From positions 248,001 through 312,000 of the forward strand of contig NW_026515700.1 of assembly GCF_025526975.1 (NCBI RefSeq): 64,000 nucleotides of DNA. Direction: 5' to 3'. A model generated the notes under the pieces. That model was not told the origin of the DNA and searched no databases. It saw only the letters and a list, made by a program, of their open reading frames with translations. Each line of letters starts with the position of its first letter. The stretch's first letter is position 1. Shown here piece after piece: positions 39,593 through 53,834 of this stretch. Position numbers and translations under genes: made by a program. The DNA comes from Fimicolochytrium jonesii (taxonomy: Eukaryota).

Positions 39593-42201
39593 TCACTTGA
39601 CAACCAGATGCTGAACCGCCGCCAGCACGGCCCGATAGAACCGCTTGAACTCGATAGGATCGCCCTAAAGTAGCACAAGTATGTAACGTAGTGAGCGGTG
39701 TCGTTCACTTTTGTGCATCAAACCAAAAACTTCTCCGCTCTGTCGAATCCTTTCGCGTACCTTGCTCTTCTTGAACGCAATCAAATGCATGCCCCCACTG
39801 ACCGGCTGCACATGTATCTCGCCGTGCATCGGGCACTTCCTTCGGTCGACCGTCGTGAACGTTATCTGCCGCACCAGTCAAAGAGACGTTAAGCCAACCT
39901 CTGGCTCATCGCGTGAGACAAACCGCAGGACGACCACCACATACCCGCTTAGAAACCGGCGTCATTTTATGAGGCACAAGCAACCCCTCCAGCGCCCCCT
40001 GCAACCCCTCACTGATCGCATCCAACCCAGCATCGCTGAAGAACCGCGTGAGACGGACCGAGGGGAAGAGGTCCATGAAGCCGCCGCGTTCGATTTGCGT
40101 CTGAACAAAAATCATCCGGACGTAATATTACCGTTAGGTTCAGATGTGAAAAACAGCAATGATCCACATTTGAGAGCAGTGTGATAGACTTACCCCCTGC
40201 GTAGCCCCCTGCGTCGCACCATACCGATCCATAACCGTCATCGGCTGCGAAAAGCTCACCAACCCCGCCCGGGCGCCGTCTGCTGCGTCGGAGCCGTTGG
40301 CGTAGGCGTCGGCGCGGAGGTCTGAGGGTTGTGAGTAGGATGTTCTGTAAGGCCGGGGAAGAATCGGCGGATCAGATGAAGAGATGAAGACTGGGCGTGG
40401 ATAATTCAACTGGAAAGAGTGGAAAGGGGCGAGGAGGGGTCCGTGACACTTACAACGCCATTGGATCAACCATATCCTCTGCTGCGGGCCCGAGGTTGGA
40501 TATCAGTCGCTCGGCTAGTTGGGCTGGGTCGTTGGATTTGCCTGGAGGAGGGGTTTGTGTTAGCTTATGTGAACGTCCATAACCCACTCGTTCCCAATGC
40601 ATACCGTCGGTGAGTAATGGGTTTGGTCTGCGTCCGAGAAAGCAAGCGGTCAATTAGTCTCGCGACAATGCCTAACATATATACACCCCGCCCAAGTTTC
40701 CTGTATCCAGGAACTCACTGGCTACTCCACGCGTTATTCTTGATATCCTCCATCCGATAGCGCTTCGTCTCGTCCACCGACAGCATCCCCATGATCAACT
40801 CTATGTGTAAAAGTTATCACCCAAATGCCCTGTTCATAAGTATCCCCGCTCCGTGCCCCACTCCATAGCCTCATTTCCGATCCCTTACCAAGCGCATCCC
40901 CCGGAAACCCGTCCCAAGGCATATAACGCAACCCCTCCGTATAATGCCGACAAAAGAACATGAAGCTGTCGTCGTGCTTCGTTGGTTCGCCCCATGGTGT
41001 GTCTAAAGTCAGAACTCGGATAGTCAGTTGTGAGGGGAGGGGGGGAGGAGGGGCGAGAGGGGGAAAGGAGGGGACGCACTTCCTGCCAGCAGGACGTAGA
41101 GGATGATCCCGACGGCCCAGATGTCAACTTGGTCGCCTTGGTAGTTTAGACGGTGGATCTGGGGTTGAGATTTGTTGGTCAGTTTGCTTGTTTTATTATG
41201 AAGTGGACTAACGAGACGAGATCAGGGAGGTACCTCTGGTGCCTGGTTGGAAGAGTGTGATTGGTACAAGCGGCAAAGTATGGAAGGAGATGCATGAAAC
41301 TTACGACGTACGGCGGCGTACCGCATGGGGTAGTGAGCACGCGGCGCTGTCCTTTGTGAGCGAACACGGTCGCCAAGCCAAAATCGCTGATCTTCAAATT
41401 GCCTACGTGCCCCGGATTGCTGTTAGTTTAGCACTGGAATTCTCCCCACAACATCGATATTATGGGCGCTCCTCACCATCTTGATCTAGTAAGATGTTCT
41501 ACGAGTGGGATCGTTAGATAGAGCTGCGGTGTTTCTCATGTGGAGATGGAAACAATCTCACCTCCGGTTTAAGATCACGATGCGCTATTCCTCGCCCATG
41601 GAGGTACTCCTATCAACCCCCATAGATTTCAGTTTGAAATATTCTCCACTCACCCGCCTACTAAACATCGTCACCTCACCAGACCGGCCAGTAGTTGTTG
41701 GAGATACATATGAGCAACGACCTCGTCCACGCCCACATCCGGTTCTAGAAGTCCCAAGAATCGTCAGCCACGCCAGTCCTGTCCCGCCCTCCGTGTCTTA
41801 GCCCCATCCACCAAATCCAACCCCCTACCTATCCGATCAAACAACTCCCCGGCAGCCGCATACTCCAAAACAATATACACATACGCATCGTCCTCCGCCG
41901 CATTCACCATCGCGATAATATTCTCATTCCGCACCGACGCGTGGATTTTGATCTCCTTCTGCAGTTGAGCGAGTGCTGTTGCGCCGTTCGGACCGCGGTG
42001 TTTGCGGACGAGTTTGACGGCTAGCGCTTGCCGGGAGACGGGGTCGATTGCGAGTTTTACTCTGGTGGGGGGAGTGGGAGGTCAGTGGAGGGTGGGCGAG
42101 GTAGGAGTGGTGGAAGAGACTGACTTTGCATGGGCGCCCTCGCCAATCGTTTCTAGTAGCTCGTAGCCGAGGATAGTGCCTGGCTGGCTTGCTTGCAGCA
42201 T
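39593..42201 (-). CDS. CHK1: Checkpoint kinase Chk1 (multi-exon)
   Basis: [35 protein letters not shown], and the Chk1-type C-terminal motifs RLTRFFS and [15 protein letters not shown]. Start is approximate. Confidence 0.85.
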
Positions 42202-42667
42202 GCTTCTGTGACACCAGTTTGCAAGAATGCGAGAGGGTGGAGGTGCGTGCTGAGCGGCGGATGGTGGACAAACGAGGCTTCTTCTAGGCGGGGCTTCCAG
42301 ATGAGGGGAAAACGAGGAAGCAAGGGGGGGTGTGAATTTGCGGAAGGGAGCCCTGATGTCCGAACGCGATCGACATGTCCGGAACACTTACTTTAACGCG
42401 TCGTGCTCTCACAACGCGTGAAGAAGGGCTGGACTGGGGACGTTGGACGTGATGCTCTAAAAATCTGTGGATGGCGGAAGGGCAGAGATGGGCAGACCAA
42501 CGGAGGCAGGGAGCGGAGCAAGCACAGCAAATGCATGTTTTGAAATATGGACAAAATCCCAGAAACCAAAAAAAAAGATGAACCCAAAAGAAAAACCCGA
42601 ATGTCCACATCAAGTCGAGGACCATGACTCGCCTCGATTCGATTCGTAACCTGGCAGCAGGCTTTCC

Positions 42668-45600
42668 TCACTGCGCCAGCTTCACCTTTCTCTTCGCCTT
42701 CGCGGAGGATAGGCGCTGAGCACTGGAATTCCTGCCGCTCGATTCGCCTGCAGCTTTCGCTCCGTTTGTCTTGCTCCAACCCATGAGCCAGAAACTGCGC
42801 ATCTTGAGACCGCCTTCAAGCGTCACCTCGCCGGCCGGCTGGAACTCGTAGTCGCCGCCTTTGACGAGATTGTACGTTGTTTCGCTGACGTGGATGCGGG
42901 TGGGTTGTGATTTTTGTTCCATCTACGTGTGGGAGAGAGATGAAGCTTGAATACGATGAAATTTGACGGATGTTAAACGGCATCGAGGGGTAACATACCT
43001 GACCAGCAATGTTGACAGTATCACCAAACAAAGCGAACTTGGGCATAAGCGACCCAGCAACACCTCCAACCGCGGGGCCACTATGCACTCCAATCCTAAT
43101 CTGCAACTCCTTTTTAACCTGGTCCGACATATCCAGATTGAACACGGCATCCATAAACCTGATCGCGCACTCCACGACCTCGCGGGCCGCCAGACGTGCA
43201 GAGTGGCTACTCGTACCCGCATCGGACCCGGCATCGGAGCCTCCATCCGATCCACTGGTGATGGGTGCAGGAACGTTGGCGCCGCTTTGGCCGTCGAGCC
43301 CGCCGACGATCTGGTAGGCGTCGCCGATGGTTTCGGTCTTGTAGACGTCCGAGTAGTCGTCGAGGATGGTGTCGAACGCGGTGTAGAGCCGGTTTAGGAG
43401 GTTGACGATTTGGGAGGATGTGGATTGCGATGTAAGGTTTGTGAATTGGACAATGTCCGAATACTGAAGGAACGATGCGATGGAGAAGGATGACGTTGGT
43501 CAGTAATGCTAGACCGCGCACCGCGCACTGAAACAGTAGTCCTGAAGGCAGCGTTCCAAGAGCCTGACCACTCACCAAGATGGTAACACAGTCGAAATCC
43601 CTGGGCTCACTCTTCCTCCCCATCTTCAAGTCATCCGCTACATACTTCGGCAACATCTCGTACAACAGATTGTTCGACACCTTGTTGTCAGCCTCAAGCT
43701 GGTCCGCGACGCTCTGAACTTTCAGCAACGCAGCCATCTCCTTCGCGTGCTGGGCCTTGAGCGCCTTGTACTCGTCTTCGAGCTCGGCTTGCAGCGCCGA
43801 GGCGAGCTCGCGGTGCTCCTTGCCCACGCTAGCACGGACTTCGCGTTGCTGGGCTTGAAGCTCTTGTAGGGCGCGGTCGTGCTTTTTGCTGAGGTTAGCC
43901 ATGGCCTGGTGATTCTTGCGGATTTGCTCTTCGATCTGATGAAGCAGCCCGACACATGAAGGTTGATGTTTGTCATGTATGAAGGGAGAACCATCTTCGG
44001 AGATCCGAGGTGGAGATTGCCACCTACCTCTGAACCCTGTTGGGCGGCATCTTTAGCATGCTCCTCATCATCAGCCGCATTCTCAGCATTCGTCCCGGAC
44101 GTCATCTCCGACGCATCCGAGAAGTCCGTCCCAGTCCCACTATAATCGCTCCTATCAGCAACCGACCCGCTTCCATTCTTGCGACGCTCATCGCCACCGC
44201 CGCTGACGCCGCTGTACTCGCTGCCCATCTCGCTGTCACGGCGGTGGGCCGAGTAGGCCTCTTCGGCATCAATGTCGCCGCTGACTTCCAGTTGGCGACG
44301 CTCTTCCGCGAGCTCTTCTTCGGCTTCGATGAAGAGGCGTTCGCGCTGCTTGGCGGCGACTTTGTGCGCTCTGTTCAGAGGTTGCCGGAATGGGATGACA
44401 GATGCAATCAGTGGGATGGTCACGAACGGCAATTTTGGAATTTTGGAATGAGGGTCGAGGGAACATGTGTTGTATGGCAAATGGCAACGGTTGGCGTGTA
44501 TCTATGTACCTGACGAGCTGACGGGCTTCCTGACGTTGACTGTGCACCACTCGCTGAGCCTTCATCTGGAGTTGGCGTTGGACCTGTGAACAGGGGGCAT
44601 GCATCAGCGTTACCATTCTACTAAACTGATCATCACCAGAAGAATACAAGCACTACAAACCTGGAAAGACTTAATCTGCCCCAACTGCGTATCCAAACTC
44701 TCCTCCAACTCCTCCCCTTCCTTCTTCTGCTCCGCCTCCTTCGCCAACTCCTCGACCATATGCTCAGCAGCCAGCGTCTCCATCTCCTCCACACAGTTAA
44801 GTTCAAGCTCGCTGGTCTTGAGCATATGTTTCAAGCGGAGGAGATGCTCTTCACGTAGCTGCTCGACCTCCTTTTGCATACGCAGTTTTAGCTGGAGCAT
44901 TTTGCTTTCGTGCACTTTGTCAGAGTCGAGACGGTCTTGCTGGAGCTCGTTGAGGCGGTCGCTTGAGCCGGAGGAATTGATGATTAGGCCTTTGAGCTCG
45001 GAGTCTTCGTATTCCTGGAGATTGATGAACGGTGAGTCCCTAACATTTCTAGGGACAACAGTTTCAAACAAGAACAAACGCACCTGCAACAGAAGGTTCC
45101 GGTACAAACTCGTATTCTTGATGATCCTGGCATGCGATTCCTGCAACGCTTGGCGTTCTCGCTGCTGTCGAACTTCCAGAGCTTGCATGCGAATCTACAT
45201 AACGTAAACAAACGTCAGTCGCATTATATCGTGCATCGCAGCGCGACTACCTAGACACATTGAAGTACCTGTTGAGTAGCTCTACGTTCCTGCAAGCGGC
45301 GCTTAACAGAAATCACCCGCTGTCGGGCCTCCTCGCGTTGTCGCACGCCGAGTTTGAGGGCACGCAGTTCTTGGGTGACTTTGTTGAGCATGCGTTGCGT
45401 CTATATTTGTCGACGGCAAATCTCCCTGTTAGACGTCAGCAAGACAATTTCGAGCCTGTGGAAGCGTACACACCTCTTCTTCCTCTTTGAGGTCCGCTGC
45501 CTCCTCTTCCTGGCGCCGGGCGATCCACTTGCGCTCCAGATCCTGCATGTCGGCGAGAAATTGGGCTTCGGCGATGTTGGCTTCGCGGATGTGGGCCTCA

Positions 45601-45999
45601 TCGATGCCTATACCGGTGAGGATCCATCAGTCAAGGGTTAGGGAATCAATAGTACATGAGGATTGTTGACTAGGGGATACACACGGAAGTTGTTGGCACG
45701 ATGGATCCGCTCGATGGTCGCATCTGCTTCACGCCGTTCCTACATTTCGACGGGAAGACCATTCCGGGTCAGTACATGCAGCAAGCCACTTGCGAAAGAC
45801 CTCTATCGGATGAGATACTCACCACCGCCAGCGCCTGAGCAAGCGCCTCATCCTCGAGCCTCATCAACTTCAAATGGGACAGCAGCTCCGCATCCTTCGA
45901 GGCATCGTGCATCTGCGACAGCGACGCCAACTGCTTCTTCCCATCTGGCACGTTCGTCACGGCCATGTCGGCGTGCTCGGAGCCGGCTGGAGGACACAT
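42668..45999 (-). CDS. Class III nucleotide cyclase (guanylyl-cyclase-like) with long N-terminal coiled coil (multi-exon)
   Basis: LLYEMLPKYVADDL, FSDIVQFT, VYKTETIGDAYQIV, IRIGVHSGPAVGGVAG..PKFALFGDTVNIA, MEQKSQPTRIHVSE. The upstream exons are E/Q/K/R-rich. Start is approximate. Confidence 0.85.
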
Positions 46000-48160
46000 T
46001 GTTATGCCGGATATTTCTTTCTGCTTGTACTATCGTGTCTATTGGAGTTTCGAGTGCTGGGTTCGTAGATACGTCCAGCGGGAACGCCCTGGACGAAGCG
46101 ATTCTGATTCTTCAAGCACAACTTATATTCGTCGGGGTTGAAGCCGAGTGCTAGTTCTCGTCTCCGAATGGGGTCAACCCGTTTGAGTTGAACCTGCATG
46201 CAAGTACAAACTTGGAGAGGCAGGGGTGGGCCGCCGTCCTGCTCCAGCTTTTATACCTGTCCGGAATTGCAAATCCCTATTGCACTATTCCGCGGGCTGT
46301 GACGCCTCTGAATGGAACTCACCTCGGAGGGCGGGCTGGGTTTGAAAGAGTGTCTGGGAAGTTTCCCCGCTCCCCCAAACCCCGACGTTGCATACTCCCT
46401 GGCTATCTGGACCCCTCCGTGCAAGGAGGCGGGGCTGAACCTAAGTTCAACCCTGGCGCAGCCACCTGACGGAATGGATTTCTGGCCCTAGATGTGCAGT
46501 GCAACACAATTGCATTTTGTTTGGTTTAGGGTGTGCGGAGTGTGGGCGTGGATGGGGATGAAAAACGATGGATCAACTGAGCTGAAAGAAATACTGATTC
46601 CAGGTTTCTGGACCATCAACTGAAAGGGAGATGAAAAGGGGGATCCTTGTAAGGAAGTTCACCGCCCTGGATCGGCGTTTGTTAAGATAGGTTCGGCGCT
46701 AGATAGTTTTTCTGCATTGTGTCGACTGACAGGGGCGCGCGCGCTGTCGCTTGTGCTGTGCGATTACATAAGCCCGGTAATAGGCGGCATGATCATTGGT
46801 GGTTCGCACACATGGAAAGGCAGCTTCGAGTAACCAACCCTTAGACCCGTAATGAATTCTATGCAGGAGGGGGGAGGAGTAGGTGTCGACGGGGCCAAGG
46901 AACCCTATCCACCGCTCAAAACGTAAGCCTCCACAACTCGTCAAGATCCATATCTCCTCCCCATCGTGACAAACTGCACCTTGATCAAATCGTCGGGAAC
47001 GTCTTTATTCGCTACCTCCAAATTGTGTTCTAAGAGTTTGCTTCCCACAGAATGGAATTGATACGCTCATAGTTTCATTGAATTCCCACAGCAGCCCTTG
47101 AGAAGCACTGTCGCAGTTAGCAAAAATGAGATCGGTGGTATCATTCGAGCTGTATCGGGCTTTCGGGAGTGAATGCGACGCTGTTTGATTGGTGGAGGAA
47201 CTTTCGAGTTGGACCGGACTTTCGAGGGTGAAGGGGATGTTGGTCGGTCGAGGATGACATCATTCAAACTGAAAAGTGTTGCTCTGTTACTTGTCGAGGA
47301 TGTTCGTCCAGTAGCGGTCCCGAGTGTGCGTGCGGTCATTCTCCGTACGATCCCTTTTGATCTTGACGCCAGAGGTGCCAGTGAAGTCACCGTCATTCGA
47401 CGGGCTGGCATCTTGTCCTCGTGGCGCATTTTGCATTCTCGACGCCTACGACGACATCTCCAAGCTGCCTAAACTCGTGCTCCTTCAGAACTACCTTCGC
47501 CCGTCCCAGATAGTCCTTCAATCTTGCTATGTATATTGTGAAAGTGCTTAGTGCCAATGGGTCACCGTCTTTCTTCTTCAGCCCACTCACACTCGCACAA
47601 AAGTGCTTACTGAGTTCTTTGGGTGAAAGGTCTTCAAGGACAAGAGGTTGCGGGGGGTTGAGCGATTCTCGGTTTCCTTGAAAGCAGAGGTCCAGTAGAC
47701 GCGGCCCTTTCTAGCATTGAACTTGGACTCGTCGTCAGAGGTCGAGTCGTCGTCCTCAGACTCGGGAGGTGGCAAGTATTGCTGTTCCGACTTGGCGAGT
47801 GGGAGGCTCTCAGAGCTGTGTTGATACAGCTTTCGAGACAGGCTGCAGTTCTTGAATATAACCTTTCTGAAGCACCGTTGAGGTGAAAAATCACAAGCAG
47901 ACTCTTCTGCATCGTTATGTATATATATAGTTTCGTACGTGGCTGTTATTGCCAGTGGGGGAGGCCAGTCGTGCGAGACTGTTATTGCCAACGTTGTTGA
48001 CCTGACATGCCTCTTGGCACTGTCAGTTGACGTCAATCCGTCAAAAGGAAGCTGCAGAACGCATCACGATTATAATAGTCAATTCCATACATGCGATCAT
48101 ACAGCGCTCATAGGAATGCATCCTGCGTGATGTGAAGATTCGAAGGGCGTCCATCCGTTC

Positions 48161-51100
48161 CTAAGCGTATTTCTCCTTCAACCGATATTTCCTCCAACGA
48201 TATTCTACATTTCGTGTCTCTCGGTGTGATCGAATTTCCCTCCAAACCCAGCAACAGATGCAGGAAAAGTCTGAGCGTGTCCCGGTAGAGGAAATGGGCG
48301 CCTTTTTGTGAAGGCTTTTGGAAGGGTATGGAGGGGTCAAAGATAATCCTTCGATTCTATGTACATTTATTGCGGTCCAGCAACCTCTAATTGTGTCCAT
48401 CTCATGCGGGACATACAGTACGCCGTTGCTGCCGGGCCAAAACTTCCGTCTCCGATATCGTAATCGGTGAACGCGAGGGTCCAGCACAAACTACATATCA
48501 CAAAATGTCGACGCTTTCGTCCTCTAGAACTCTACGCGTAAGTGAAAAAGTCCTACGGCTTCTCGGCTGTCAATAACCACGACCGTGGCGTTATCAAACG
48601 GGCTACACGTGAATGGAAAGTCGTCTGAGTGTACGGGTATAGAGACGAATCCTATTCAAGGGCCGCGACGGTGGCGTGTGCGCATCAGTACAAAGCCCAT
48701 TGATAGATCGCATGCGAATCGTTCCCGGGCAAACCGTTATCCACGCAGCCCTCGGACCCGACATAAGTGTACAGGTACGGGGCGCCACGAGGTTGAAGGA
48801 AAAAGCTAACAGGACACGAATGGTTGAAAGTTCCCTTGAACTCGCCTTGCTTGGCGTCCCACTGTCCAAAGACGCGACGGGTGTCGTCCATGGCAGTGAA
48901 GATATTTTGGCCATCGTCACTGATATCGACGTAATTCTTGTTGGGGGACGTTGAAGGAACCTTGAGAAGTATGTGGGCGTCGCGGACTAATTGGGAGTTG
49001 TGTTGAAGATCGGGTTTCAAATTGGGCGCCACCTATCAGTAATAAAGGGAAGGTGAGTACACAAACATGCAGAATGCTATTTCGAAGTGAGAGGTATCGC
49101 TTACCATGATTGTCGAATTCCAGATGATGTAAATAAGGTCCGAAGACGGGGACCATCGGAACCCGATGGTGGAAGGATCATTCATGGCTGCCTCGTAGTC
49201 CCATATCCCTATGGGCAAGTCTCGACGGCCAGAGTAGATGTTAAGCGTCTCGGTGTCGCTTGGTATGTGACTCAGACTGTAGTTGCTGGCCAACAGGGTA
49301 ACCTGGGCTTGGTGCATTGAGACATTGGCCCCATACGTGAAAGCGATAGCGTCTCCGTCGGGGGAAAGACCGAAGTATTTATCAGCCCCGGCCCTAAGCA
49401 CTATCGGTTTTTCGCCTGGTTTCGAAATCGTCGTTGTCCCGGCTTCGAAATCGTAGGATAAATGAGTCCCGTTCTTGGCGTCCGAAATGCACGCGGTGCT
49501 ATCTAACGACTCGACGCGCCTCGTACGAGTGTTTAGGACCCGAGTTTCCTCGCGAGCGTCTCCATCCTTCCTCTGGGTGCATACAAATAAAGACTCTCCC
49601 TCAGGGTCCTTTATAGGATCGAAGCTGAGTGAGATCATATTCGTAAAAGGGATGAAATCCACCGTAGGAGTCTTATTGACATTTGGAGCTTGCTCAACGC
49701 TCCAGCTTAGGATGTTATAGTCGAAAATTTGATTCCCGTTGGAGGGATCAGCTCTTGACGCGATAGAGTAGAGTCGGTCGCCCTTTGGAGAGGCAATCAT
49801 ACCGAAAACCGGCTGAGTATGGCCTCTCAACACTCTGACCATGGTACCCGGCACAATTGGCTGTGAGGTCGGCTGTGGAGTCGGCGTACTCAGACTGGTG
49901 CTGGGATCGCTGCGATCCGCGGTGCCGCCGGATGTATCCCGTTTTCCAAATCCGATCTTCAGTCCCACCGCAACGGACCCGGCAAGGACCACCAAAAGCA
50001 AGATGAGCATGCCAATCCGGATGCGTCGTTGGCGAGACCCCTTTGCTCCAAGGTAGGTTGTCCTCTTGCCCGACTCGTCAAAGGGAGGAGTAGTACTCCG
50101 CTTCACGTAATGCGGGGTCTCCACGGCGCCTAGTTCGCTGTCGTCCCCGAAAACGGTATAAGCCGGAGGCGAACTGTAGGAGAGCGGCCGTTCTCGCCAA
50201 TCTGCTATTGCTGCTGCTGCTGCGATGGTAGGGACCATCGGTTCGCGGAATGGAGGTTGTGATGTCTCTTGAGCCATCAAGCCCGCTGAGGGCCCGACAA
50301 CACGGGATTTTTCGCCGCCCCTAGCGACGAGCTCAAGTTCCTCCGGCCGCAGCAACTCCACAAGAAAGTCGATCTGCGAATGGCGCGACGCTTGATCTTG
50401 ACGACGCTCGGGAAAGAGCCAAACCCGAAGAGGATCAGACCCAAAAGTAATCTCTGCGGCCATGAAATGGTCCTGCACGGGAGTCTTTCGCAGCTCGCTT
50501 GGGTAGCGACAACCCGTCTGGTAAGCGGCATTTAGTCTGGAGTCGGAGCTTCCCAGACCATTCGGCTCGTCGATTCGCCATAACCGAAAGTGCTGTTGAC
50601 GTGGCGACGTCGGACTTTTTCTATCGCTCGAAGGGAAAAACAAAGAGGGGTTGCTGGTGATAAAGGGTAAGCCGAGTAAATTAGCGATCGAGTCGACAAA
50701 AGAGGTGACCGGCTGCTCGAGGTCGTTCTTAGTGAGGCGTACGAGAAATGCTTCCGCAGCGGGGTCGAGGCCGTAGACGAGTCCAACCGCTTCCATCACG
50801 TCCTATTGCTGCCGATCGTCTTTCTCGTCTCGGATTGTCTGGGAGGATTTCTCGGCCGCGCCGGACGATGCTGGAGAGTGCCAGAGATTATCGAGGACAC
50901 TGGAGCTTCCGACCAGGCCCTCTTCCTCACAGTTCCAAGTTCCCGCCGACCATTCTCTTGGGTCTTGTCGGAGTTGTCGGCCTTCGTTATCATAATGCAG
51001 TGTAACCGTTAAAAATTGTGTCGCTGTGAACGCCGGGCGGTAGGATTCCCGTACAACTTTTCGTGTCGCCCTGCAGACAAAAACTCCCCAACCGAGCTCG

Positions 51101-51225
51101 GCAAGAGTCCGGGAATCGAGAAGATCAGGATATTCCACTTGCCCCACAGACATGGAGAAAGAGTCGGCGGTAGGGCAAACAGCTAGACATGCCTCCGTAT
51201 TCTCTCCCCATATGCCACTCCGCAC
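48161..51225 (-). CDS. Single-pass membrane protein with C-terminal WD40-like repeats; ends uncertain
   Basis: The 587-aa ORF 49036-50799 has a TM segment (IGMLILLLVVLAGSVAVGL), LRGHTQPV and LSPDGD. Further WD-like pieces lie in 48685-49032. Upstream ORF 50803-51225 is in frame across one TAG. Confidence 0.55.
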
Positions 51226-53563
51226 TTGAGGGTTGTGGGCGAGTCCAGCGATTTGACTATTGCCGAGCTACGTTTCCACCGCCACCGACCTGCCCGACCG
51301 GTAGAATGGTACCCGCAAACCCTTGGGCGAGATGGAGCTGCCCCGAATTCTCCGTCAGAGGATGCGACAAATGGAGCAGAAGTTGACTGAAGTGGAGAGG
51401 CAGCTTCAAGAAACGCGACGATTGTGGGAGGACGCAGCGGTGCGCCGGCAGATTGGAATAAACGTAGAAACCGAGTACAAGCGGCAGTTGCTTGAGGCGG
51501 CTAGAGGGGTCGGAGTGAATTGCTCAATCCTTGAGAAGGCGAACGGGGAGTGGGATGTAGCGGTGATCTTCCGAACAAGCTGGGCGCGCGTGATGCAGGT
51601 CGTGGATGGAGGTGAAGAAGCAGTGGCTGGGTCTGGACCCTAGCGCATCGACCGCGGAGCTCCTGGTAACCGAGACAGACTTTCGCTATCTTTTCAGAGA
51701 CTTCAATGGTCGAGCTTTGACGGAAGAGGTTGCTTTGGAGTTGGTGGAGGCGGGTTTGTACGATGACGACGATCAGAGAGCGATGGCTGAGAACATGGTG
51801 CGAAAGTTGGGCAGAGTGAGGAATCAGCAAAATCAGCGCAACACTCGTTTCCTTAAACGTACCAGAATTACGCAGCCCCACCGCACGTGCTCGTCAAGCC
51901 CTTATTATTCTGGCGCCCCACCGCACCATCAATGTACCTAATCAACGAGGCTCCAATGACATTGACCGTTGATCGAGAGAATAGGACGCATAGTTTCAAA
52001 ATTTAAATGGAAACGAGACGATGCCGCAGCTTGTTCAGCATTGTTGACTGGGTAGACTACGAGTACCCAAACCACTCGTATGTTGCATTCGAGAGTGAGG
52101 TTATTGGGGAGGGCTCAGTGCCGGAATGGACGGGACCAAATCAGCACATCTGAAAGTACATGTAGGGGGGTTAGGGTTAGGCTGCAAACAGGCAGATCTC
52201 ACGTATGCATGCCGCATGTCCCTTTCGAGAGGATGACGCATTCCAAAGAGCGCCCGTCTCGACAGGTATGTACCGCAAGGACAGACGGCTTGGGCAAGGG
52301 CGCCTGGAATCGAACAGGGGCATGGTGTGTAGGCCTTTGCGGGCACAGCTTTCCCCCGCCTCCGGAGCTCCTATACAAGAGCTGTCGTGCTTAGACGATG
52401 GAATGTCCAGGAACAGATTCAGATGATTACTTTCAATGAAGAAAACTTTCACGAAGAATGAAGCACGCCATTCCAGCGCAGATATTGGTGCTGCTGGAGG
52501 AAAGCTTTGACCGCAGTTTGGTTCTTGCGAGCGCCGCTCCAGAAAGGAACGTCCATCTGATCTCCTCACGCGCTGTAAAGCTCCTTGAAGTTGAGATTTG
52601 GGGAGTTAAGGAACATATCATGGTGTAATGGATATCCTTGTGAACAGCTTCACCGTGAGGCTGTGTGATCTGAAGCTCGGAAGGACAAACCCCATTTGGA
52701 ATCTCCATCCGGGATATCGATTCGGTTGTTGGGAAGCATTGCGGTCCCCTGTCCCGTGAAGAAACAGTCAACATTGTTGCGTGCATCGATAATCTTGAAA
52801 GAATCTATTGATCTGATGCCCGATCAAGGACCTACATAAGATTTGGTGGGTCCGGAAAGAATCAGCGATTTGCAGCATCGATCCTTGAGAAACAGGCTTC
52901 CACGTACTTTCCTGGACTGTTGTCGATAATGCAAAGCTGGAAGAGTGGTAGCGTTTCCCAAGGCGTGACTGCGTACAGTAAGGCAAAAGGTTAAGAAAAG
53001 CTCAATCGTGTAAAACCATGCCCAACCTGGTCATTGAACCGGCTCTTTCAGATTCACTTTGATGCGTATTATGGGCATTTGGGTCATGTAAGCTACAGTG
53101 TCTTACACACAACCACGCCAAACCACGTCAAACCGATTCTAAGAGAGCCAGGACATAGTGCGATCGTAATTCAAGCATAGCCCGACGGAAAAGTACATAC
53201 TTGCGAAGCGCCCCTGCTTGAAAAGATGCGGGGGGGTCATCCGAATCAGGCTTCCCGTTCTATTCAACCAAAAGGGCAGGAAGAAAGCGACCCTTCGATC
53301 ATTGCCGCAACGGAGAAGCGGTGAGAATAGAGGAAGCACAGAGTCCGCCGAAGAGTTCCGTTTATGTCTGTGCGGGTTACCCGTAGTTTCGGAAGTTTTT
53401 TGAGGCTATCTGCATTGGGCGTTACTACGGAGGATGGCCACTCGTGCTACGATATGCAAAGAGAAAAAAGTAGCAAAGAACTTTCTCCACAGAACCGTGC
53501 GTATTAGATTCCTTGCGAATCGGGGTCCTTCCATTTGTGCGTAAGCCAAAAGACGCGCTGTCG

Positions 53564-53792
53564 CTTTCCGCGTTGATCGCCCCGAAATCACAAACGGACC
53601 CTTGGCGGGTCCTTCCGGTATGTGCACAAGCAAATATTTACGTATTGATTTCCGCGTTGATCCAAAACTGACCCATGGCTCAAGTCTTCCGGAATGTGCA
53701 AAAGCAAGCTGACCCATGGCTCGAGTGTTCCGGTATATGCGGGTTGATCCAAAAGACCACGGCTCCGGTCTGACGGCATGTGCAAAAACAAA
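53564..53792 (+). repeat. Modular short-repeat cluster
   Basis: TTTCCGCGTTGATC x2 plus a variant, CTGACCCATGGCTC x2, and a CGGNATRTGC motif x4. Confidence 0.7.
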
Positions 53793-53834
53793 TGAACTTG
53801 ACAGTTTCCAGACAAAATGATATTATATACAGTA

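Noticed and set aside
46700..48100. Fragmentary minus-strand ORFs
   Set aside because: No recognisable motif, and no consistent gene model could be built by eye.
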